Source: Zygnema circumcarinatum SAG 698-1b
Taxonomy: Eukaryota; Plantae; Zygnematophyceae
NCBI GenBank assembly: GCA_037447605.1
Contig: CM074822.1
Coordinates: 457,492 to 521,491, forward strand
DNA: 64,000 bases
Reading direction: 5' to 3'
Part shown: positions 26,125 to 40,997 of the stretch, piece by piece
Position numbering within the stretch: the first letter of the stretch is position 1
Layout of the letters: every line of letters starts with the position of its first letter
Notes under the pieces: model-generated
Told to the model about the DNA's origin: nothing
The model's input: the letters and a program-made list of their open reading frames with translations, nothing else
Databases searched by the model: none
Position numbers and translations under genes: made by a program

Positions 26125-26720
26125 CGTTCCCCTGAACTCACCTCAGGATAGGTGAGTTCTGGGGAACTACGCCTGAGTTTTCCAATCGTGCGCCGCCGCG
26201 TGGCGTTGAAGATCCGTTCGAGATGCCACGGGGGTACGGCGGCCACGCTGGCGCACAGCCGCCAACGCGCGGTGACCGTAGGTCGGGGTGGCGGCACGCG
26301 ACTGCCTGCCTGCCTGAACCCTAACCCTGACCCGTACGGTAACCGCGGTGGGCCACGGTGGACGAGTAAGTGTGTTCACGTGGCGTCCGCTGATTGGCTC
26401 GTGCGACCTCTGATGGAACCCGCAATTCTCCCTTCATGACTCATGATCCGATGTGGCGGTACAGGCAAACGCTGATGGACACCCACCCTTGTACAGTCGA
26501 GATCCGTTTGTATGGTACTGTACATCCAAGACCCGTTTGTATCGTACAGTCGGGCCCGTTTGTATCGTACAGCCGAGAGTACCAATCAACCAATAGGCAA
26601 CGCACGCGGATGCCCATCCGCCTTTTACTTCAAGTCGTGAGGTCAATCAAACATCATTCTCTTCAAGTCTGATGCCCCCTATTGCAATCATTACCGTACG
26701 GTATCAGTCCTATTCCAGTA

Positions 26721-27666
26721 CAGTAGGGGGTCCTCATATTTTCCACCCTGGTTCCGGGCAAAATGAGGCGAAAATATTAAATTTGCATATATAAGGTTCG
26801 TGTTACGAATAGACGGGCGGTATTATGTTAGAGTTCATGTTGAGCCGTACGTATCGTACCGTACCATATCGTACCGTATCGTACTGTATCATTCAGCATC
26901 GTATCGTATCGTGACATATCGTGACGCATATACTGCACAGTTCGGACCAGTGGATCGGCAACCATTGGACAACCATTGGATGGCAATGGTTGGACGTCTA
27001 CTGGTCGGCAACCAGTCGACTGGTTTGGAACCAGTGGATGCCACTGGTTGGCAACCAGTCGAATGGTTGTTTCGGTCCGCAACAACTGGTTGGCAACCAG
27101 TCGACTGGTTTGGAACCAGTGGATGCCACTGGTTGGCAACCAGTCGAATGGTTGTTTCGATCCGCAACCACTGGTTGGCAACCAGTCGAATGGTTTGGAA
27201 CCAGTGGATGCCACTGGTTCGCAACCAGTCGACTGGTTGCGAACCAGTGGCATCCACTGGTTCCAAACCAGTCGAATGGTTGTTTCGGTCCGCAACCACT
27301 GGTTGCCAACCAGTCGACTGGTTTGTCTAATGGTCCGATCTGTGATATACTGTCGTACATACTGTCGCCATCCAACCATCGGGGAGTTTCGTATCGTATT
27401 GACCGTATCGTATCGTATCGTATCGAAGTCAAGAAGACGGGGAGAAGAGCGAGCGCCTCTTACGGCGGCACGAGCGGGGAGATTAGGTGCGTTTTGCGTA
27501 AGCCCGTAACGGCTAGTACAAATAGTACGGACAGTACGAACAGTACGGACAATACGGAAAGTACGGCTAACACAAGTTACCGTACAAAAAAGTGGTTTCG
27601 GCAAAATTGGGGCGAAAATATTGAGGACGCACTCCTTGGGGTGGTAAATACGAGGACCCCCCACTG
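26721..27666. mobile_element. Non-autonomous Tc1/mariner-like element (946 bp) with an internal palindromic tandem array
   Basis: TA|CAGTAGGGGGTCCTCATATTTTCCACCC ... GGGTGGTAAATACGAGGACCCCCCACTG|TA: ~28-bp imperfect TIRs starting CAGT with a TA target duplication; no transposase ORF. Confidence 0.8.
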
Positions 27667-27906
27667 TAACTATTCTCTCGGATCTGATTCTATTTGCGAT
27701 TCTTTTCCTGATACGTTTTCTTTATCTGACTCGGCAGGGGGGGAAATACCGCTAGCCAATGGCACACGCCATAAGCCAATCCGGATTGGCAGACGGTGGC
27801 CGCGGGGTTGCCTGAAATAACTGTCGTGTACAGCAGACTTGCGTTCATCCCTCCTGCCGCTCTCGCTGCTCCCCCACCCCCTCGCTTCCTCTCTCGTCTC
27901 TCCATC

Positions 27907-30613
<2,707 letters not shown>

Positions 30614-31473
30614 AGATATGTGACAGCCCGGTGGGAGTATGGCAGCACTACTTGAGAACACACGGACATTATTATTATTATTATTATTCATGAACATGTA
30701 TTGCATGTTTCCGTGTTGGGTTGGTAAGGGCTAGTATGTGGATTAGATTCCTTTGTAGACCTCAATTTTTCATGTTTGAAGATCATGCTGTTGTGAATGT
30801 CCAAAACACTGCAAGAGAAAAATTCTAGAGGTGCAGTTCTCTAATTAACATTCACGGAGGCTTGTTGTAGCCGCAGCTGCTTATTATTTTTAAGCTAAAT
30901 AATTCTTAAAAAATTTACCCTGTGTGATTTGTCGATCTGGACCTCTCATATGACTGTAGAAGGTTCACACTTGTGCAACTTTGGCAATTTCTTGTTGGAT
31001 CGTAAGGCAGAAACCACGAGAAATTCGGTGCAACTTGTTCAAACGATGGGATTATCCGGGAAATTAATTTGTGGAACCGACCCTTTTCCAAGAAAACGAA
31101 GGAGATGAACAAGGTGATCACGCTAACAAGGCAAAAGTTGACGCCCATAAATCGATTGCCAAACATAGGGGAGAAACAAAAAAATCCAAATTATCTCCGT
31201 TAAAAAATTGGAATCAATTTGATGCTTACAACAAACCAACTGTTAAATTAATCTGCTATCACATAGAAAAGCAGCAGCCCCTGCTCTATCTGCAGCGTAC
31301 TGCGCAATAATTTGCTTCAGCTCCAGGTTCAAATCATTAAGGGCTACAGTCGCAGTTGCCTGCCCGCCCCTCCAAGCGCGCCTAGGGAACATTTGATATT
31401 TTTTAGGGTTTTTAGGGTTTTTAGGGTTTTTAAGGTAACCGAAGCTTGAGAACCCCTACCCTATTACCAATTA

Positions 31474-32016
31474 GGGGGGGTCAGACCTTGACCATCGCCA
31501 AACCAATTTCGTAAGCCCGTCGGGCCTATTCCGCCGTGTACGGCAGGCCTTTTTCGCAAAAAGTGGCCGTTCGGCAGGTTCGGGCGCCGCGAATTCAAGA
31601 AAATAATTGTTTTACCTTCGTATCTCCGAGCCAGGTCTGACCCCCCCCTTTTCGCCCCGCCGCGCTCCCTCCGCCGCCCGCCGACCTCCGTTTTGTCGCC
31701 ACGCGCGCCTCACACGTGCGAGAGGCGCTCGCGCGTGCGTGACGCGCATGGCGACAAGGCGGGGCACGATTCCTCATCGGCGGAAAGCTGGAATTTCGAA
31801 ACGCAGGGCCTCCGGAGGCCCTGCGTTTCGGCGAGCGGATTTCGGCGGATTTCGGAAATTTGGGGACATTTTTGTAACCTATTCCGTAGTACGGACGGGA
31901 CATGACAGGTTCGGGGGAGCCGCGGCTTCCGACCCGAAACCTGGAAACGAAATCAATACCTTTCAGTATAGGAAATCGTTGAATTTCGTAAGCGATGGTC
32001 AAGGTCTGACCCCCCC
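31474..32016. mobile_element. MITE with perfect 25-bp TIRs (GGGGGGGTCAGACCTTGACCATCGC) flanked by TA
   Basis: Left TIR 31474-31498, right TIR 31992-32016, TA on both sides; internal partial TIR copy 31633-31648; perfect 34-bp palindrome 31797-31830. Confidence 0.88.
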
Positions 32017-32419
32017 TATTATTTGAGGGATAGGATGACCCGAAACTGACTGAACCGCGAGCAGGGACCATGTCAGCAGCCACGTCATCAGTACGACCAA
32101 TCTACGCGCGCCACGTGACACCATGTCGCAACAAATGCCACGTCGGCAGCCTGAAAGGGGGCGTATTGGAGGGGTAGGATGGCCCGAAACTGTGACTGGA
32201 AGGGTGACATGGAACCGTGGGGATAAACTTTCACATGGACAGGCAGAAAATTTCTTGATTTCGTACATGGAAAGGGTTTGACTTCAGTTAACATTTTAGC
32301 CAATGGGAGTTTGTCAACTCAGCAGAGTATCGGACGTGGCTTGCTGTGATTGGCTCATGTGTTTCTGGGTGTGCCCTCAACAGGGTTCCATATACTGTCG
32401 TCCACTAGAGCGTCCATTA

Positions 32420-32694
32420 GGGGGTGTCAGACTTAACGAAATCTTACGAACAAAAACGTTTTGCAAGTACTCCGCCGCACCAAGATTGCGATGTCACCGA
32501 AGTACTCGTTCTGGTCTCAAACTTACGAGATATGACACAAAATGGCGAAATGACAAAATGACTTCACAAAATCTTACGAAAAAAAAGGTTACGAAAGTAC
32601 TCCGCCGCAGGAGGATCGCGATTATACTGGAGTACTCGTTCTGATGTCAAACTTACGAACACGCGTACTGAATTTTTTTAAGTCTGACACCCCC
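32420..32694. mobile_element. Related MITE with 17-bp TIRs (GGGGGTGTCAGACTTAA) flanked by TA
   Basis: Left TIR 32420-32436, right TIR 32678-32694; internal ~60-bp direct repeat (~32466 and ~32595); multiple CTTACGA motifs. Confidence 0.85.
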
Positions 32695-33924
32695 TATTAC
32701 AATGTTACTTTATCGGTTTTTCGTCCCCGAAGGGGTACCATAAGTTTCGTACAATACGTACGGCCTAGACCTGTGGTCGTGGTAGACGTCCCCATCTGAC
32801 CATCTCCAAAAGCGACAACCAAAGGGCGGACAGCCACTACCTGACTGCCCCATCAGCTCGAATTTAAACTGGTTTAGCCCACTCTATGTATTATTGGATT
32901 CCAGCGCCATCGGCGCCACGTCTGATGACGTGGCAGAAAAAAAGTAGCCTTTCATCCGATCAGGTTTCCCCACGTGGACGACTTCGTAGGTCCACCGCGG
33001 TTACTGTCACTGCGTCGGCGCGACCTCGCGACAACGACCGACGGTCACCGCCGTGAGCCAGCCTGGCAGGGACGGCACACTGACTTCCACGTCCTTCAAG
33101 TTGCCACGTGATGGTATTCGATTGGACGTGAGTGCGACGTTGGCGCCACCTAGGCGCCAAGTCAGCAAAAGCGGCCCGGATGGGACCCCGAAACGCGTCC
33201 CTCAGGGCGCCGAAGCCGCCCCGACCCGGCACTTTTACGCCGTTCCATGTGCCCAGTTACAACCATTCACAGAATATAAGCATAGAACACCAAAAGTGCG
33301 CCTAACCAGAAGCAGCGAATCGCGGACGAGGAAAAAGCACACATGCCTGATATTAGTACATTGTCTCTCGTCGTTTGGACAGCGGGCGGTGGTACACTTT
33401 ACTCGTTCTCTATTATGTCTAGTCACGCCGGGGCGCGTCCGCCAAATGGTGCCACGTGTCCCCGCTCGTGCAAGGCGGCCGCCCTCCCGCCAGGAGCGAG
33501 GGCTCTCCTTTTGCAAACATATAATCGAGTAACGCCCAATAGGAATAGGCCACGTGGGTAAAATAGCACACGTGGCGAGCTGTTATTGGATATGCTCGCG
33601 TGCAGCTCACTGAAAGGCAGAACCTGCTTCCAAATAGTGGAGTCGCTTTCCAGAAGTGGGCGAGAGAGAGGGATAAGCGCCTGCTTGCTCCTGCTTGAAG
33701 CCGCCATCCGCCCTGCAGGGAACGCCTGCTCGCCTCCTACTCCTGCTCCTGCATCTGCTTCTGCTTCTGCTTCGGGTTCTGATTTTGCATCTGGATTTGC
33801 ATCTGGTTCTGCCTCTACTGAGGGAGAGGGAGAGAGGAAGGAGAGGGAGGCAAAAGCTAGGAGTAGGAGTGAGAGCAGATCGGAGCTTGAGAGAGGATTG
33901 AGAAGGCTCCGAAAGCTTGCCAAC

Positions 33925-36900
33925 ATGGCGAGGAACGATACGTTGGCATGTGCTGCGATCACGGCCGATTCAGTGGAAGGCATGATTTCAGACATGGCGA
34001 AGGCCAAGGAGGTGGGAGCAGACATCGTGGACTTGAGGCTGGATCATCTCAAGGAGTTTAAGGGCGAGAGTGATCTGATTCAACTGCTCAACGCACGGCC
34101 GCTGCCAGCCATAGTTTCATACAGGTTTGCGCAAAATCTTAGATTGCAAGGTTGAACATTGTGAGAGAACGTGACGTACTGACCAGTGAACGATCCTGAT
34201 CCTTCATCTCTCTCTTTCTTTCTCAATCTTTCGTGTTCGGAGCTGGTTTATTTTTCTCCAATAGAATAAAAAGCCAGTTTACTGAGTTCATGAAAAGCTT
34301 CACAAGTGCATAACGTGTGCCATTGAACAACGCAGCTGGACCGATTCATGCATCCCGCTTATCCCTTTTTTTTTTTTTATACTGAGTATGTCGCAAAGGG
34401 AAAGGCTTAATGATGAATGCTTGTTTTTTTTAATTATGATATCCTCTGTACTTTAATCCAAGTCTCTCTCACTTTGAGCTAACGCATTGCTTTCCCTTTC
34501 CTCCTCTTGTTGCTTGAGCAGGCCAAAGTGGGAAGGTGGGCTGTACGAGGGCGATGAAACTGCAAGGCTCGCCACATTGCAGAAGGCTATGGAGCTTGGA
34601 GCAGAGTTTGTCGATGTGGAGCTTAAGGCAAGTCGTCTTGCCCTTTAGTACCTTTATATACTGTGGTCAGTCCTTTCTCTTGCCTGCAGCTTAATACCGA
34701 GCAAAGCGACGGTATCACTTTTCCCTCGTCGAGTACAAAACGAAACTTCTCTCTGAAACAATGCAGGCCCTGGAGAGGGGCTGCTATGTACTGTACGAGA
34801 GTTTTTTTCATAAATAGGATAGCTGTATAAGCACTGTGGTCGATATGTTTCTCATTTGGCTTGGCTAACCATGACTGACTTGTAAGCACGTTCAATTGGC
34901 GCAGGTTGCTCCTGAATTTGTGAAGACTCAACCAAAGAGTCTATCTGGTGAACCTTTGCCGTGCCGTGTGATTGTGTCGTACCACAACTTTGAAAAGACC
35001 CCGCCATTGGATGAGCTTGAGGCGATCGTTGAGGAAATCCGCGACGCAGGTGCCAGCGTTGCGAAGGTGGTGACGACAGCAACTGATATCTGTGACTGCA
35101 AGCCGATTTTTGAGCTTCTGCAGAAGTCAAAAGTGAGCTTGTCCTCCATCCCCCTCCAAGACATGTCATTTACTTAATACTTTGTTTTTAAATGAATCCT
35201 TGCATCCTTTGAGCTCAAATTTGTAACTTCGGAGTTGTTTGTTTTCACGTTCCTTTTGCTTCCTGATATAGTAAAGATTGCTTTCGTTCGTTCTGTAATA
35301 GTCAGCAAGGGATTCTTATGAGGTGCTTGCAAGAAATAACCACCTTCTGTGCAATTTTTGTATGCCTTCTCATTGTACCATTCTACTAACAATCCACGTT
35401 TCACCATCGATTTCTTGAGAATAGCTGTGCGTAGAAAGGGCCATATTATCTTCGTATTGTGAAGATTTTGGGCTTCCCACTTTTTTTCTTCTTTTGTTGT
35501 TTGAGTATGAAAGATGATGCATGATGCCGAGAAATGCATCACGGAAGTAAGGTTTGATACTTACGACCAAAACTATAATATGCGCAAATATATGGATGGA
35601 ATGATGCTTCTTTTGTATTCTCGACGAGATCCCATAGCTTATCACATAAACCTGCATTGAAGTCTAATGTCTAGACGTTCATTAGTTCTCCTTTGCTTCA
35701 CTAACGATTCCAGATTGTGTTGTGGCCAATCAATTCGTGCAGGGACCACTCATCGCCTTTTCTCTTACTATCCGCGGTGAGATCACTAGAGAGCTGGCGC
35801 CTAAGTACGGAGCTTTCCTCACTTATGGTGGTTTAGAGTCCCACCATGAGGGCCATGGTGAATGGGTTCCTCCCAGCATTCAGGAGCTCTTGGATGTGTA
35901 TCTTCTGAGGAGAGTAGGCAAGGAAACAAAAGTGTTCGGAGTCTGCGCCAACCCTGTAGGCCATAGCAAGAGCCCACTGCTCCTCAATGCCGCCATGATT
36001 GAAACCGGAGTCGATGGAGTCTATGTGCCGTTCCTTGTTGAGAAGAGCATCGCCGAGTTTTTTGACACTTTCGACGAATTCGCGGGCTTTAGGTGAGGGA
36101 TTTTGAAGTGCTGCGAGTTTTAGGCATGGCTCCGGTTTTGTGAAGATAAGGAAAACATTAAACTTAAATCAGCGATAATTTGTCAAGATGAACTATGAGG
36201 TTTTCATATTTAAGCTTGTTTTTCTTCTCCAATTTTATACCAAGGTTGTCTAGAAATTCAAGCATGATTCGTATACGTCCTTGACAGCAAGCAGCAAACT
36301 TCCTGCAGTATGAGATCGTTTCTGTGGCAGCTTAAACTAGAATTACTTCAGCTACTAGTTTTAAGTGGTTTTTGTGAAACACGCGTCACCTTCTATAGCA
36401 CTCGTTTCATGAAAATGGGGTTATGGGTGATTTGAAATGCAGTGTGACCCTTCCTCATAAGGCGGCTGCTGTGCTGCGCTGTGAAGAAGTGGACCCAACC
36501 GCAAGGGTGAGACTTCTACTACATTTTGCCAAAAGGGGCGCAGCTTCGTTGTCCACATTTCTTCTAGTTTGGGTTACCTAAGATTTATTCTCCAGTCAAC
36601 CTACATCATTATTGTTTGAAGTTTTCTGGATGGATTACCTCGTGGGAAAGGTTTAGTATCTGTGAAAGATCACTGAATGGACGAACAGCATTTGCGTTCA
36701 AATGGCTACATGTTTCTTATGGTGTTTTGGATACTTGCAGGCCATCGGAGCAGTCAACAATGTTGTGAGACGCCCAGACAAGACTCTCTTCGCTAGGAAC
36801 ACAGATTGGGGCGCATGCACCTCCGCCATTGAGGATGGCCTCCGTGAGAAGGAAGGTTAGTCATGGAGAATCTCAGCAGCGTCTTTGGCGAATTCCCCAT

Positions 36901-38612
36901 TATTCTCCTCCTTCATGTCTCAGAGTCTCTAAGAAAATTAGAATTTTGTTCTTGCAGGCCTGCCAGCTGGTGGACCAAGCCCGCTAGTGGGCAGACTCCT
37001 CATCCTCGTGGGAGCGGGAGGTGCTGGACGCTCCCTTGCATTCGGCTCTACACAGAGTGGAGCTATACTCGTGGTGGCTGATTTGGACCAGGGTAACGTT
37101 TCTTTGCATCTCCCGTCAGCTTGGGGTTTCCGTTTGGTACGCAACGATCTGTCTGTGACATATACACACAATAGTTAGGGAAAGGTCAGTGAGGTGTCAA
37201 TGGTACTTTGCGCACGATGGCTTTTGCTGTGCATCCTTTCTTCCGTTTCACTCAGTGTGTGGTGTTGGCAACGGTCACAGAATTCATCATTAGCAGCTGC
37301 GAAAGATTCAGTGTGTATACGTTTGGTGTGTGTGTGTGTGTTTCAGTGTGACCTCCTTTCCTCATTTCTGACTAGTTTAGCCCTGTGTCTCGTCTACAGA
37401 AAGGGCAAAGGCCTTGGCCGACATTTTCAATGGCGGCACTGCCACTGTTAAGGAAGTGGCTGTTCTCAACTCTGCGGAGCTGATGGTGAAGAAGTTTGCC
37501 CCTCATTCCACGAAGGCGCCAGTCCTTGCTCACATGACCCCTGTGGGCATGGTGCCCAAAGTGGAGAACACTCTCTTCACTCAGGTGAGCGGCCGTCCAA
37601 AGATGCAGTTACAGAACACGAGAGTCTGCAGGCGTTTCCCATATTATCTCCCCCTCCGTAGGCACACCTGCAGCCAATCGCCTTCCGACCATAAGCCTTT
37701 CGCCAAGTTCTGCATGTTAGCTTTGCCTCACGCCTTACTCAACTTTGTCGACCTCAGTCGACTTAGTTGAGCAGTCAGCAGACAGCATCCGCAAGCCAGG
37801 CTTTCTGCAGATGCGCATGATGTTGATGTGTGGGTGATGTATGAGTATATGGTATGATTCGGTTGATCATGATGTATGATGCAAGGGTATGCAGGACATG
37901 CTGGGAGGATATGCCGTCGTCTTTGATGCGGTGTACACGCCTCCCGAGACGCGGCTGCTGCGAGAGGCCAAGGCTGCGGGATGCACCCCTGTGAGCGGAG
38001 TGGAGATGTTTGTGCGCCAAGGGGCTGATCAGTTCTTCAACTTCACAGATCGCATGCGTGAGTGCAGCCTTTCTCTTTCCTCTTCCCGTCCCACTCTCTT
38101 CCAGAGGGTCGTTCGCTTGTCCTTGTGCCGCTCACTGGCCTCTGTGCTTCGCGCCAGTTATCCCTGTGAAGGACGAGATTATGATGATGGATGGGATTCG
38201 TTTGGGATGATTTTCTTTTTGTTCAAAGCAGAGGTTGATGTAAGGGTCTTTAGAGTTTGCAGGCCTTTCAAGGCTTTATGTAACTAGAAGCTTTGGCTGT
38301 CTGAAGGCGCAAGCTACGGGGTGATGTGTATGATGTATTATTATGTAATTTCTCTCCTCTCTCTCTCTCGTCTCTCCCCTCCCACTCTCTCTCTCCTTCT
38401 CCCTCACTCTCTCTTTCGTTTCCTTTCCCTGCCACTTCATTCTTCTTCTCTCTCTCCCGTCTCTTCCCTCCCTCCCCTCCCCCTCTCGCCCCACTCTTCC
38501 TCTCTCCCCCTTTTACAAGGTATGGTGTCTGATTATGGTGTATGAGTTCACGTGAGCAGCTTCCAAGGACATCATGCGAGAGAAGCTGCTATCGGAGATC
38601 CGAGGCCATTGA
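33925..38612 (+). CDS. aroDE: Bifunctional 3-dehydroquinate dehydratase/shikimate dehydrogenase, paralog 1 (divergent), 10 exons (33925-34124, 34522-34627, 34905-35132, 35743-36092, 36443-36506, 36741-36855, 36958-37092, 37400-37584, 37895-38057, 38560-38612); possible upstream in-frame start at 33592
   Basis: GADIVDLRLD, YRPKWEGG.YEG, FVDVEL, IVSYHN, AKVVTTA, PVGHSKSP, GFSVTLPHK, AIGAVN, NTD, GAGGAG, FDAVYTP, SGVEMFVRQ..QF; exon phases are consistent. Confidence 0.93.
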
Positions 38613-40997
38613 CGGGCGAAGCTGTAGCAGAGGGAAGCCTGCTCTCTCTGCGACGTCTGCTCGCCCATTCTCTGTGTGATAGTACTCACTTTGAATGCGT
38701 GAGTACACTTAGAAGGCCATTGATTCTAGAATTAGGCGCGTGCTTGCTTCCTTCTCTCGTTTTTTTTTCTAGAAGCTATTCATCACTATAGGGAGGGGAG
38801 GGTACGTTAAATATAAGAAGAAGTAGACCACCGTCACCATTCTTGTTTCCCCCTTTCCGTTTTTTTTTTTTTATAATGGAAGCACTTTCGGCATTCTTGT
38901 TGTCCTTAGAATTCATTCTCTTCAAGAAGTCTCTAGGCTGATTCGTTTCCATGCTCTCATAGTTCCGTTTCCTGTTCATCGCGGGCTCCCTTGCATGAAA
39001 CCTCCGTAAATTGCTCAAACTGTAACACATAGGACGGCCCCCGACAATTTGTCCGTACAAGGAGACTGCTGTCGGCAAGCCAGCGCGGATGGGTCTCGTT
39101 GCAACATAACACCTCAAACGCCAGCCAATGACGACCAGCTACGTGGAATTTTGCCTAGCGTGGCAATCTGTGATTAGTCCACGTCAGGCAGAACTTTGGA
39201 GTCCCGTCACGAGAACCAGGGCCGGCCCAACCGACGCGCCGACACGTCCCCGTTGACCGGACAGCTGTACCCCTCGCGTTGTCCAAATTAAATACAAAAT
39301 CATCTTAAACGACAAAACAAAGATTTTATTCGTACAGGTTTCTGTCTGGACTCACAAAATCGTCGCCCAATGACAGATTCCTGTTACCGGAAATTGCGGA
39401 AAAGTCATCATGACTTTCAAAGTATAATGCCACGTGGCTGGAAGACGCTAAAATTCCGACATGTAATTTGTCGTTTTGCAACAGCATGTGTACGGACGAT
39501 GCTCCCAATCCTCATCTTCAAATAGTTACGTACAATATACCGTACAGTCGCTGGCCGCGGGGAATCTCACGCGTGCGAGAATAAACGTCACACGAGTGAG
39601 GTTCCGATTGGGCGGCACCTCCAAGGGAGGAAAAACCCCTCGAGAAATCCACCAATTGAAATGCGCCATGTCATCACCCTTTCCCACGTGGCACGCTTTG
39701 ACTGGGCATCAACAAGCCACGTCATTCCACCTGTACACGTGACAGGCCCTGATTGGGGGAGACCTCCTCTGGAGACCCCGCGAGAGGTAAAATTCTAACC
39801 AGATTCAACCAATCTCAACAAGCCATGTAGGCGCACTTACACACGTGGCGCATTCCCCTGGCGCTGCCCACAGCCGTTGGTTTCGTTCCGCCCGATAGGC
39901 AATCTCGCACGAGCAACGAACAGTCAGGATTGAGCCACATCATCGTTGGAAACTGGCTAACTGCCCACTAACGAACCCGCCGACATGACCGCCGCGTCGC
40001 GACAAATTCTGCCGCCCACTGCTGTCCTTTGTTTCCCCCCCCCGCCGCCCGACCGCTACCTCTCCTGTCGTCCCCCTCTCCCTGTCCGTCTCCCGCTCCC
40101 TCTCCTTCTCCCTCTCCCTCTCCCTCTCCCCCTCCGTCTCCCTCTCCCTCTCCCCTCACCCTCTCCCTCCCTATGCCCCTCTCGTTCTACTCTCTCTCAC
40201 TTTTCCTTTCACTCCCACTTCCCTCTCCTTCTCTGTCTCTCTCGTCTCTCCCCTCCCACGCTCTCTCTCCTTCTCCCTGACTCTCTCTTTCGTTTCCTTT
40301 CCCTCCCACTTCATTCTCCTCTCTCTCCCGTCTCTTCCCTCCCTATTCTCCCCCTTTCGGCCCACTCGATTCCTCTCTCCCCCTATCTCCCCCACTCCTC
40401 CCCTCCCTCACCCCCTCCCTCCCTCTCACCCCCACTCCCTCTCCTGAATCTCCCCTATCCTACCTCTCCACTCTTTTTTGCTTACCCCTCTCTCTCGTCT
40501 CTCCCCTTCCTCTCCCACCCTCTCCCTCTCCCCAACCCATCCCCTCTCTCTCCCCACTCCCACTTTCCTCCCATCCTATCTCCTTCCCCTCTCCCAGTCT
40601 CCCTCACCCTCCACTTCCTCCCCTCGTCTCCTTCTCCCCTTCTCCCCTCCCTCTCTCCCTCACCTTCCTCCCCCCCTCCCTTCCCACTCCCCACCTCTCC
40701 CTCCCCCCTTCTCTCTCCCCCAAACTCTAAGAAATAAAAGGCGCTTCCTCGAGAACACGCAATGCCTTCTCAGCTTTCTAAGGAAGGAGAAGGTTCGAGA
40801 GAGGTCGACTTGGAGGAGGAAGAGGCCCAACAGAGAGACTGTGGCTGGAAGCGAGAGGGATAGTGAGAGAGAGAGAGAGAGAGAGAAAGAGCGAGAGTCT
40901 GATAAGTAACCAGGAGAGGAAAACCCATATTTAGTATTAGCCCTATACCGCCATGTGCCTTGCAGACAGAGTGGAGGATTCTGCAGAGAGAAATTCC

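Noticed and set aside
26828-27820. Repetitive ORFs (WNQWMPLVGNQS...) and a CRISPR-like look of the 42/43-bp array
   Set aside because: The units are contiguous with no unique spacers and no cas genes, and are open in several frames on both strands; this is a repeat inside a TIR element.
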